This document shows, in pieces, positions 30,687-38,829 of a stretch of 38,830 nt of DNA. The notes under the pieces are model-generated. The model saw only the letters and a program-made list of their open reading frames with translations. It had not been told where the DNA came from and ran no database searches. The position numbers and the translations under genes were made by a program. The stretch comes from a virus. Lineage: Duplodnaviria > Caudoviricetes. Where the stretch lies: IMG/VR virus record IMGVR_UViG_3300047282_000491, positions 1 through 38,830 of that record; one strand, written 5' to 3'. Every line of letters begins with the position of its first letter. Position 1 is the stretch's first letter.

Positions 30687-31337
30687 TTATAGAAGATCAA
30701 CTACAGCTAATCTGTCTCCATTTAAATTAAATTTTCCTTTAACGTAGTATAAATCTGTTTTTTTATTTCCACACATGTAGTGCTCGACATTTCCTGGAAT
30801 CATAATTGCTGTATTTGGTTCTGGATTAATATATATATTATATTTTTTATTAACACACATTGGTATGCCGTCATCTTCTGGATTTATTAATATGTAAAAA
30901 TTAACTACATCTTGATCTTCTTCATTAAAAATATTTTCAATATTTTCAGATGGGGACACCTTAATTAAAGATAAGTCTAAAATATCTGTTGACTCTCTCA
31001 TTGCAAAATTTAAATAATGCTCTTTGCAAAATAAAATTCCTCTGTAAAAACTATTATATATATACAACAATTTTTGAATATTTCTTTTAGATATGCCTTC
31101 TTCATTATTTAAAAATTTTTTTACCTGTACTTTATCTGTAGCTGTTTGCCATGGTGAAATAAAATTGTGTGTGCTTGCATCTTCTTCACATTCATTAATA
31201 AATTCTATTAATTTATTTGGTTCAGATAAAATATTTTTAAAATAAACTACTCTATCTCCCATGATAGTCGGTAAATACATCATTTTAGGCTGAGACCTTT
31301 CATATAATATTGACCAAAAATTTTTTTTCGGGTCCAT
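30687..31337 (-). CDS. Degenerate 2OG-Fe(II) oxygenase-like protein
   Basis: The N-terminus parallels the neighbouring oxygenase (VVYFKNIL..P.K.IE). It keeps INPEPNTAIMIP..H but has no HxD. Confidence 0.55.
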   Translation of the reverse strand: MDPKKNFWSILYERSQPKMMYLPTIMGDRVVYFKNILSEPNKLIEFINECEEDASTHNFISPWQTATDKVQVKKFLNNEEGISKRNIQKLLYIYNSFYRGILFCKEHYLNFAMRESTDILDLSLIKVSPSENIENIFNEEDQDVVNFYILINPEDDGIPMCVNKKYNIYINPEPNTAIMIPGNVEHYMCGNKKTDLYYVKGKFNLNGDRLAVVDLL

Positions 31338-31338
31338 T

Positions 31339-31953
31339 TCATTTCCAAACTGTTTCCATTGGATACCAGAAGAATGGTATCATATATTTATCGCCTTCTG
31401 TAACTGGCATTGGATGATGGGTATACGGTCTATAAGACGGAAACATTACCATGCTGCCAGCCGACGGTTTAATTTTAATATTTTGATTTTTAAAATATAT
31501 TTCTCCGCCAGTATAGCTATCATTTAAATATAACACACCAGAAATTACTGGGTGAGATTTATCTGTTGGATCTTCAGCATCAACATGCTCTCCCATATCA
31601 ACAGAAGTATCATACTTTCTTATACTAAAATAATCTGGTAGTTTTAAAAAATTACAATTTGTTTCTTTCATATAATTTGCAAAACATAAATCAGAAATAG
31701 CTTTTATTTTATAAATTAGTAAAGATGTTTCAATATCTTCTTTTGTATTATACTGCATAGAAGAAAAGTTTCCATTTTTTGTAATACCATACTTTTTGTT
31801 TTCATTGCTAGCATTCCATTCAGACCATTTTGAAAGCTGGTTAATATTATTATTTATTAAATCTAATTCTTCTATTTTATCAATAAAGTTTTTTGGAAAA
31901 TCTAAAACATTTTCATAATAAATAATATTATCATCTAATTTTTTTATATGCAT
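31339..31953 (-). CDS. 2OG-Fe(II) oxygenase, prolyl 4-hydroxylase-like
   Basis: HVD, YLNDSYTGGE, KPSAGSMVMFPS, distal H and a KY 2OG-binding position. Confidence 0.9.
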   Translation of the reverse strand: MHIKKLDDNIIYYENVLDFPKNFIDKIEELDLINNNINQLSKWSEWNASNENKKYGITKNGNFSSMQYNTKEDIETSLLIYKIKAISDLCFANYMKETNCNFLKLPDYFSIRKYDTSVDMGEHVDAEDPTDKSHPVISGVLYLNDSYTGGEIYFKNQNIKIKPSAGSMVMFPSYRPYTHHPMPVTEGDKYMIPFFWYPMETVWK

Positions 31954-32785
31954 TTTTATCCTTCATAAAAAATGGAGTAGATCTATCTAGCTTGGGGTCA
32001 ACCTCGTCTGGCTTAACTAAATACTTATGCCACTTACCAGAATGTATTTCTTCTTTCATCCTTTCAGAGTCCATCTTTTCCCATTCGTCTCCATACTTTT
32101 CTTTGTTTGCATGCCACTCTGGAGTACCCTCAAAATCATATGACCAAAAACATCTTATAAAATACTTTTCTCCGTTATCAACACGATCAACGCCATGGAA
32201 ATAATGCGATGCACCAGTTATTGGATCTCCAGATGGAAATATAACTATATCTCCAGCCTCTGGCTTATAGTCTATTACCTCGCCAGAATCTTCTTTTAGG
32301 AAAGACAGGCCTCCGCCGTCATAGTCATCATTTATATAGATAGTACATGTTATTGCATATTTTTTACCTGGAGATTCTGCATCAAAACCTCTATAATCTG
32401 TATGATAGTGCATTGCCATTTTATTCTGTTCTGGGCTAATCCAATATTTACATATTGATATTCCATTATTTACCCAATTTGGTAATTGAATACTATTTGA
32501 CATAACATAGTCTGCGGTACATGCATAATATGCGTCTGTTATAGCTTGTAAAAAATCTTTTTGTAGCAATGCATATTCGTCATCTGAATCTACTTGATAT
32601 GGATCTCCTGGATTATTCATTGGCAAATTCATCATTGTTCCAAACCCATACCAGTCTGACCATTCTTTAAAAAAATGTTTTGGCTCTTCTTTTTCAGATT
32701 TTCTTAAAAGATCTGTATATTCTTTATGTTTAGGCAGTGTGTTTTTATATACAGTAACTCTTGGATATATCTCTATCTTATTCAT
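31931..32785 (-). CDS. 2OG-Fe(II) oxygenase, prolyl 4-hydroxylase-like
   Basis: HTD, YINDDYDGGG, KPEAGDIVIFPS and HGV..GEKY motifs. Confidence 0.9.
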   Translation of the reverse strand: MNKIEIYPRVTVYKNTLPKHKEYTDLLRKSEKEEPKHFFKEWSDWYGFGTMMNLPMNNPGDPYQVDSDDEYALLQKDFLQAITDAYYACTADYVMSNSIQLPNWVNNGISICKYWISPEQNKMAMHYHTDYRGFDAESPGKKYAITCTIYINDDYDGGGLSFLKEDSGEVIDYKPEAGDIVIFPSGDPITGASHYFHGVDRVDNGEKYFIRCFWSYDFEGTPEWHANKEKYGDEWEKMDSERMKEEIHSGKWHKYLVKPDEVDPKLDRSTPFFMKDKNAYKKIR

Positions 32786-33501
32786 CTTTCACCATTTTTC
32801 CCTATATACTCTTGTATAATTCCCTTTTCTTTTTCCTCTGCCCATTGCTTATAAGTTAAATCTTGTTCGGCTCTTGTTTTCTTTAGTCTTTCTTCTCTTT
32901 CTTTTACCTGTTCTTCTGTGTAAGTAGCATCTGCATTATCCCAGAAAGAGCCTATTGTGTATCTTGTTCCATTATGAACTTTTGTAACCTCATGTTCATT
33001 TGTATATCCTCCAGCAAATATAGCTATCATTCCAGGCTTAGGATGTATCTTTACATCGTGATTCTTAAAGTTCAAATATCCACCCTCAAAAGTATCATTT
33101 AAATAAATAAAAGCAGCATATTTACTTCTTTCAAATTCTGATGGGTTTCCATCTTCATCCGAATTATCTGAATGAAAAGAAGCATATGCCCCGTCAGTCC
33201 ATTTTTGTGCATGATAACTAACTTCTGCAACTTCTTTTCCTAATACATTCTCACAAGCTTCTTTTATTTTTGGCTTTAAAATATCATGGAAATAATTTTG
33301 AGGCAATCCAAAGTATTGTAAACTTGGATCATATGGCCAAAATCCCATAGCAAAAGAATCATAAAAAGAAATTTGATTCCACTCTAATATATTATTTTCA
33401 ACAAGCCATTCTGTATATGCAATGATAGCATCGCATTCATGTTTACTTAAAAAATTATCTATTGAAAAACATTCTTCTTTATATTTAGTTATTTGAGACA
33501 T
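32782..33501 (-). CDS. 2OG-Fe(II) oxygenase, prolyl 4-hydroxylase-like
   Basis: HSD, YLNDTFEGG, PKPGMIAIF and HEV..GTRY motifs. Likely start is ATG 33501 (track start 33522). Confidence 0.9.
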   Translation of the reverse strand: MSQITKYKEECFSIDNFLSKHECDAIIAYTEWLVENNILEWNQISFYDSFAMGFWPYDPSLQYFGLPQNYFHDILKPKIKEACENVLGKEVAEVSYHAQKWTDGAYASFHSDNSDEDGNPSEFERSKYAAFIYLNDTFEGGYLNFKNHDVKIHPKPGMIAIFAGGYTNEHEVTKVHNGTRYTIGSFWDNADATYTEEQVKEREERLKKTRAEQDLTYKQWAEEKEKGIIQEYIGKNGER

Positions 33502-34204
33502 TAATAAAATCCTTTGGACCATTCCATTTTTCTGGCAATTTTGTTATTGTCCAGAAATACGGTGTAGTGTATCTACACCCTTTAAGGATAGGTCTAACTC
33601 CGTGAATATAATTCATATCACCAGGAAAGAAATACCCTGCACGTGCTTTTGGTTTAAACTCTACTCCTTGTTTTGGAAAATAAAGCTCTCCGCCTTCGTA
33701 ATCATCATTTAAATAAAAAACAGTTCCAATATCGTACCATGGAAAAGAATTAGGCGTCCCAGCGTCTGGGCCTTCATGTAGTTCTTTATCTGCGTGAGGT
33801 TCTTGTCTAGCGCCAACTGGCCATCGTACAACTGCTGGGCCAGTACATATTACTTCTACTTCAAAAAAATTTTCTATTATTTTTTGAAATCTATCTGTAA
33901 TATTTTTTAATATTGGTATTATATGTGATCCATTTTTTACTAAAGTTTCGCCTGTAGCTACTCTATTTACCCAAGGCCTTTCATCATATATTACAGTTCC
34001 ATTTTCATTATACTCTGTTGGAGGGTCGTCAAAAGATGAGTTATTACTTGCAAAATTTATTAATATATTTTGCTCTTCTTCTGTGATAAAATTTTCCACC
34101 TCTACAATATTTTTATCAGAATTTCCAAAAAATCCAGAGGGAGTAATAGATTTAGCATTATAATTTGCCATATTACCGCTAGTATCTAGCTTCATCATAT
34201 TCAT
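33485..34204 (-). CDS. 2OG-Fe(II) oxygenase, prolyl 4-hydroxylase-like
   Basis: HAD, YLNDDYEGGELYF and HGV..GCRY motifs. Likely start is ATG 34204, overlapping the upstream TAA. Confidence 0.9.
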   Translation of the reverse strand: MNMMKLDTSGNMANYNAKSITPSGFFGNSDKNIVEVENFITEEEQNILINFASNNSSFDDPPTEYNENGTVIYDERPWVNRVATGETLVKNGSHIIPILKNITDRFQKIIENFFEVEVICTGPAVVRWPVGARQEPHADKELHEGPDAGTPNSFPWYDIGTVFYLNDDYEGGELYFPKQGVEFKPKARAGYFFPGDMNYIHGVRPILKGCRYTTPYFWTITKLPEKWNGPKDFINVSNN

Positions 34205-34908
34205 TAATCGTACCTCTTTCTTGACCAAACTGTTTTCTTGTAAGCCCCACCTTCTGGAACTCTAAATTTATTAGCTTGATATTGATGTCTTTCAAATATT
34301 TCTTCTTGAGAATACATTCGTTCATTAGAATCCCATTCTTCTCTTTTATATGGAATAATTTGAACATACGGAGTTCCTTTTGGAATTAATCCGAGAAACC
34401 CTTCCTTTAAAAAGAATGGCATTAGACCAGGTGTATCCATCTTATCGTTATCAATTATACCAGACACTGTAACAAATGGTAAATCAAATCTATTTAGCGG
34501 GCTAACGTATAAAGCACTATATCCGTCTTCTAAACCTGGCATCCAATTAGGGTACCAATGGAAATGTTTATCAAATCCATTTGGTTTTGGAAATCCAACC
34601 ATATCTGGACGAACTCCACAAAAATCTTCATATCCTGGCTCTGTCCTAGGAATAACTAACGTATTACCATCTGGATCTATAATTTCATAAAAATAAATAT
34701 CACATGGAGTCTTAAGCACATAACCAGATAAGAACGCATCTACTAAAGCTGGGCATGCTTTAAAAGACAATGTATCTTTTACTTCTGGAAACCAAAATCT
34801 GCTTGACTGCGAAAACCATTCTGGTACATTTTTCTTAGCGGCGGACGGGTTTAGATATGAGTTTTCTTTATTATATATTCTATTTGAATGAAATGTTATT
34901 TTAGGCAT
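34204..34908 (-). CDS. Hypothetical protein, DUF6065-related / dUTPase-like fold
   Basis: FKACP..D..SGY N-terminal motif. GIIDND and IPKGTPYVQIIP resemble dUTPase motifs III and IV. Confidence 0.55.
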   Translation of the reverse strand: MPKITFHSNRIYNKENSYLNPSAAKKNVPEWFSQSSRFWFPEVKDTLSFKACPALVDAFLSGYVLKTPCDIYFYEIIDPDGNTLVIPRTEPGYEDFCGVRPDMVGFPKPNGFDKHFHWYPNWMPGLEDGYSALYVSPLNRFDLPFVTVSGIIDNDKMDTPGLMPFFLKEGFLGLIPKGTPYVQIIPYKREEWDSNERMYSQEEIFERHQYQANKFRVPEGGAYKKTVWSRKRYD

Positions 34909-34909
34909 T

Positions 34910-35599
34910 TTATATAACCTTTAATCTTATTGCTTTAACTTCATGTTCACCTAAAGAATTTCCGCATGCATCTACGGCATCTCTATAAAAATTTGTCCAA
35001 CCGCCATTATCAGTCGCTTCTTTAATTTTTTTCATTGTAGTATTTTGATCACAATTAGTCGATGGCATTTCGTTAATATTTACAAATTGTATTTCAGAAT
35101 TTTGTAGATTAGTTAATGAAATGGGTATAATATTTGCAACTGGGGTATTGGCTGGTATTGTAATTTTAATCATTGGCTCTACAATCTTCCAAACGATTGG
35201 AAAGTCTCCGTGAAAAAATGATGTTGTTATTAATGTTGTAAAACACTGGGCTCCACGAATAAACATATTTGGAGTAGGCATACATAACAAGCTTAAATCG
35301 TTATCGGTTTTAAATCCAAGCCCTGCGTTAAAGCTTATTGTTCCATTAGCTCTTCTAGTAGAAACATATTTATCTCCAGACAAAACTTTTACATGTTCTG
35401 AGGAACTGTCTGAAATTCCATCCCAAACAAATGAAATTTCTTCTGGAAAAGAAATGCTCCATCCTAAAGAATTAGTTAAAGTTACTGGGAAACAGTTATA
35501 GGCATGCCTATCATATGTATGTTCCATCCAATCTCTTTTAACAGAAGATGGCGCAATGTTTCCCAGGTCATTTAATTTAAAAGCTTTAATATTATACAT
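34910..35599 (-). CDS. DUF6065 family protein
   Basis: RDWM..HAYNCFPVT.TN.LGW signature, plus IPANTPVANIIP and W..FYRDA. Confidence 0.75.
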   Translation of the reverse strand: MYNIKAFKLNDLGNIAPSSVKRDWMEHTYDRHAYNCFPVTLTNSLGWSISFPEEISFVWDGISDSSSEHVKVLSGDKYVSTRRANGTISFNAGLGFKTDNDLSLLCMPTPNMFIRGAQCFTTLITTSFFHGDFPIVWKIVEPMIKITIPANTPVANIIPISLTNLQNSEIQFVNINEMPSTNCDQNTTMKKIKEATDNGGWTNFYRDAVDACGNSLGEHEVKAIRLKVI

Positions 35600-36297
35600 T
35601 AAAGTAGTGAACCAGAATACTTTGCCTCCAGATTTCTATACTCTGGAGTATGAGCTGTTTCTAAATAGTCCAACATTGTTACAATAGAATACTTTGTTCC
35701 TGAAGTAACAGGCATTGCTGCATGTGAATATATGTATGACGAAGGAAATAAATAAAGATCTCCTGCTTTTGGCTTAATTGTTAGTCCGAGCTTATCAAAA
35801 TATAATTCTCCTCCCTCGTAGTCATCATTTATATAACCAACAAGAGATAAAACACAAGTATATGAATAACCGTGATCTGAATGAACTTGAAAATGCTGTC
35901 CTTCATTATATCTGATAAAATTAAAAGATTCCCAATATTTTAACGGCGCTATGCCAAACATATTTCTATAGTCATCAACTGCAGGAAGCTGTGCATAATA
36001 AGCATCTTGCCAAATTCTAATTAAATTTCTGTCTAAATCATCTTGATCTTCTTTTTTAATATTATCAGTATGTGCAGAAAGAGATTCATCTTCATTAAAT
36101 TTAATTTTAAAATCTACGCAATCTCTATATTTTAAATTTTTTGAACCATATCCTGTGTATCCTGGCTTCCAGCTGTATTTGACATTATCATCAGATCCTA
36201 GAGCCTTTTCTAATCTCTCTATATAATTATCTTCTTTTTTAAATACGTCTCTATAGACCATTATTCCTGTTGCTAAATATTCTGCATTTGGTAACAT
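35599..36297 (-). CDS. 2OG-Fe(II) oxygenase, prolyl 4-hydroxylase-like
   Basis: RYNEGQHFQVHSD, YINDDYEGGELYF, KPKAGDLYLFPS and HAAMPVTSGTKY motifs, with a GAGGA SD. Confidence 0.92.
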   Translation of the reverse strand: MLPNAEYLATGIMVYRDVFKKEDNYIERLEKALGSDDNVKYSWKPGYTGYGSKNLKYRDCVDFKIKFNEDESLSAHTDNIKKEDQDDLDRNLIRIWQDAYYAQLPAVDDYRNMFGIAPLKYWESFNFIRYNEGQHFQVHSDHGYSYTCVLSLVGYINDDYEGGELYFDKLGLTIKPKAGDLYLFPSSYIYSHAAMPVTSGTKYSIVTMLDYLETAHTPEYRNLEAKYSGSLL

Positions 36298-36332
36298 ATT
36301 TCCTCTTTTCTATACATATTGTATCATTTATA

Positions 36333-36911
36333 TTATATGATTGGAAGCCATACACCTGGCTCATTATGTTTTAGCATTAATATTGGATGTATATAAAATT
36401 CAACAACTTTACATTTATCCTCAACTTTTATGTTTATTAAATCAGTTGGCTTATTAATAAATATATCATTTTTATAAAAACTTTCTTTTATTAAATTATT
36501 ATTATTTTTAAATGATACGCAATGTTCTTTATCTTCTATAAAATAAAACCCGTGCAGCTGAGGTATATTAATTCCTGGAAAATCATACCAATTAACATTA
36601 GTAGATCTATCATATGTTGAAATTTTACCAAAAATCATATATTTTTGTTTTTCAATATTAATTTCATACTCATTACAAACTTTTTTAAGAATTATAGCAA
36701 TATTTTTATATAAATCAAAACATTCATTTGTGTATACTGAAAATATATTTTTTGAAAAATTAACAGACTCTTCTTTTTTTATCAAATCATTATTTTCAAC
36801 ATAATATAATTCATCTTTTTTAAAAGACATGGATTCGACAAAATCTAAGTCAAAACTTATATTTAATTTATCTTTAATAAATTTTATTTTGCTATACTGT
36901 TGGTTCAACAT
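36333..36911 (-). CDS. Hypothetical protein (possibly a highly degenerate double-stranded beta-helix oxygenase fold)
   Basis: A very AT-rich ORF of about 190 aa filling the operon gap. WYD..LHGFYFI is only loosely oxygenase-like. Confidence 0.55.
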   Translation of the reverse strand: MLNQQYSKIKFIKDKLNISFDLDFVESMSFKKDELYYVENNDLIKKEESVNFSKNIFSVYTNECFDLYKNIAIILKKVCNEYEINIEKQKYMIFGKISTYDRSTNVNWYDFPGINIPQLHGFYFIEDKEHCVSFKNNNNLIKESFYKNDIFINKPTDLINIKVEDKCKVVEFYIHPILMLKHNEPGVWLPII

Positions 36912-37431
36912 AAACAATTCTCTTATCTATATAATTCACTGGATGTGAAAAATTTCTATATTGAAAAATATCCTCATAGTTTATTTCTATTCTTTTTTCT
37001 TCAAAACCTAAATTATATATACTATTATATAATTGATCCCCTGCTATAGTGCCGCCCTTTTCTCCATATATTATAGACCATATTTCGTAACCTAATTTAA
37101 CAGCCAACATGTCGTTAGTTATTACACTATACGTTGCAATTTTTTTGTTTCTATAAAATGGATCAACATACATTCTATTAATTTGATTATTCATATTCCA
37201 TGCACTTTGTGCTATTGGAAATTCATTAAATACTTTATTTGAAACAACAATTGTTCCAGGTTTATACCTATCACTATTATAAGCAGAGCATATAACTCTT
37301 ATATGATATTCTTTATCATTAATAAATGCAAAATGGCCCCATATTTTTTCTTTATATAAAACTTCTGGGAAAGATTCGTAAGAAACATTCTTAACAATCT
37401 CTTTCCCAGAGTCGCCTACTTGAAATTTCAC
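36892..37431 (-). CDS. Putative GNAT-family acyltransferase
   Basis: INRMYVDPFYRNKKIAT matches GNAT motif A (V.P.YR.KGIA), followed by T.AG..LY. GTG start 8 nt after TATAAT. Confidence 0.6.
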   Translation of the reverse strand: MKFQVGDSGKEIVKNVSYESFPEVLYKEKIWGHFAFINDKEYHIRVICSAYNSDRYKPGTIVVSNKVFNEFPIAQSAWNMNNQINRMYVDPFYRNKKIATYSVITNDMLAVKLGYEIWSIIYGEKGGTIAGDQLYNSIYNLGFEEKRIEINYEDIFQYRNFSHPVNYIDKRIVYVEPTV

Positions 37432-37440
37432 TATTTTATA

Positions 37441-38829
37441 TTATAGTGGTCCTGATCCATCTGGATCGTTTGATCCAGAGAGTGATGATTCTAGAGGGTG
37501 CATATCAAATGTCAATCCATTTTCTGTAAAATAAAAGTCGGATGGCTCTACGTTTATAGAATAAGATTGAATTGTAATATCTAAATTAATTTCTAAAGAT
37601 TCGATTGGTACAAATTCTTTAGTTTGATAATTGTATATTAAATCAGTGTTTTGCAATGTGTGAGTAAACAATGATCTAATCTCTCCATCTCTTTTACCAA
37701 GAATTAGATGTTTAATTGTATATATATCTCCATTTACAGCAACTGCACCAACAGTTTCGTGTAACTGTTTTGCTACAACTGTTACTACTGTTTCAGTTGC
37801 ATTTTCTATTTGCTCAGGAGTAAAAACAAAATCTTGAAAAGTTCCATAACTTCCATCGTCTAACAACAAGAAATTATCTGGAATTCCAGGTATTTGAAGT
37901 CCTATAACTTCATCTCCTAATTGAATTTGTCCAGCTGAAACCATTCCACTTGGTGTTCTTAATAAAGTATTTATGCCAACGCTTTTAGCAAATGATGGTG
38001 GGGAAAAGAAGCTTGGTGGTGCAAAGAAGCCTGGTGGGCCAAAGAAGCCTGGTGGGCCAAAGAAGCCTGGTGGGCCAAAGAAGCCTGGTGGGCCAAAGAA
38101 GCCTGGTGGGGAAAAGAAGCTTGGTGGGCCAAAGAAGCCTGGTGGGGAAAAGAAGCTTGGTGGGCCAAAGAAACCTGGTGGTGCAAAGAAGCTTGGTGGG
38201 GCAAAGAAGCTTGGTGGGGCAAAGAAGCTTGGTGGGGCAAAGAAGCTTGGTGGTGCAAAGAAGCTTGGTGGGGCAAAGAAGCTTGGTGGGGCAAAGAAGC
38301 TTGGTGGGCCAAAGAATGATGGGGCTTGAGTTGTTACAGAATTTGAATATCCCGAAAACGATCCTGAACCATTTGCATTTCTAGCTCTTATTCTATACGA
38401 TTGTGAAGTATTTGCTTCATTTGCTATCGTTGTGTTTCCTGATCCAGCCTGAGTTACTGTTTTTGTTTTTGGTGTTGCTTCATTTGATTCAATATAATAA
38501 TCAATAATTATTGATCCTCCATTTGCTGGAGCTGTCCAGCTAATGGTGTCTTGATCAACTCCTGCAGTTGCTGAAGGTGCAGACATTGTTGCTGGAACAG
38601 TAGTTGCAGTGGCAGTAGCAGTATTTGATGTAGAGGCAGAAGCATAAGAATCATATGCAGTTACTGTGTAAGAATAAGAAGTACCTGATGACAATCCAGT
38701 ATCAGAATATGTACTTGTAGGATGTGATACTGTTGCAATTTCAGTTCCACCTCTAATTATTTTATAACCAGTAGGAGTATTTCCTGTTGATGGATTTGTC
38801 CAAGATAAATCAATTCTTCCATCATTATA
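37441..38829 (-). CDS. FN3-domain protein with 18 FFxPP(S/G) repeats and a C-terminal Hint (intein-like) domain; 5' partial
   Basis: The frame stays open past 38694 to the window edge (YNDGRIDLSWTNP..GYKIIRG..YSDTGLSSGTSYSYTVTAY, an FN3 domain). A second FN3 reads ISWTAPANGGS..YRIRARNANG. Hint motifs are SVGINTLLRTPSG..IQLGDEV, TIKH and YSINVEPSDFYFTENGLTFD. Confidence 0.88.
   Translation of the reverse strand, partial: YNDGRIDLSWTNPSTGNTPTGYKIIRGGTEIATVSHPTSTYSDTGLSSGTSYSYTVTAYDSYASASTSNTATATATTVPATMSAPSATAGVDQDTISWTAPANGGSIIIDYYIESNEATPKTKTVTQAGSGNTTIANEANTSQSYRIRARNANGSGSFSGYSNSVTTQAPSFFGPPSFFAPPSFFAPPSFFAPPSFFAPPSFFAPPSFFAPPSFFAPPGFFGPPSFFSPPGFFGPPSFFSPPGFFGPPGFFGPPGFFGPPGFFGPPGFFAPPSFFSPPSFAKSVGINTLLRTPSGMVSAGQIQLGDEVIGLQIPGIPDNFLLLDDGSYGTFQDFVFTPEQIENATETVVTVVAKQLHETVGAVAVNGDIYTIKHLILGKRDGEIRSLFTHTLQNTDLIYNYQTKEFVPIESLEINLDITIQSYSINVEPSDFYFTENGLTFDMHPLESSLSGSNDPDGSGPL
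37993..38316 (-). repeat. 18 x 18-bp coding tandem repeat encoding FF(A/G/S)PP(S/G)
   Basis: Plus-strand units of the form gc(t/c)tggtgg(g/t)(gc/cc/ga)aaagaa over 324 bp. Confidence 0.97.

Noticed and set aside
2353-32204. Numerous short plus-strand ORFs in the track (e.g. 3299-3571, 4487-4795, 12194-12556, 25431-25799)
   Set aside because: They are antisense shadows of long minus-strand genes, with no recognisable motifs or initiation signals.
37504-37983. Canonical splicing intein / mobile element
   Set aside because: It lacks the terminal His-Asn and the +1 Cys/Ser/Thr, has no homing endonuclease, and has only a ~20-aa tail after it.
37993-38316. CRISPR-like array
   Set aside because: The units are contiguous with no unique spacers, are codon-phased and lie inside a CDS.
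37971-38384. Alternative-frame ORFs over the 18-bp repeat (HQASL repeats, GGAKKL repeats, QRSLVG repeats)
   Set aside because: These are by-products of a stop-free tandem repeat. Only the FFxPP frame is continuous with the FN3 and Hint domains.
38692-38694. TTG at 38694 as the start of the repeat-Hint gene
   Set aside because: It falls mid-FN3 domain and the frame stays open to the window edge, so the true start lies outside the window.
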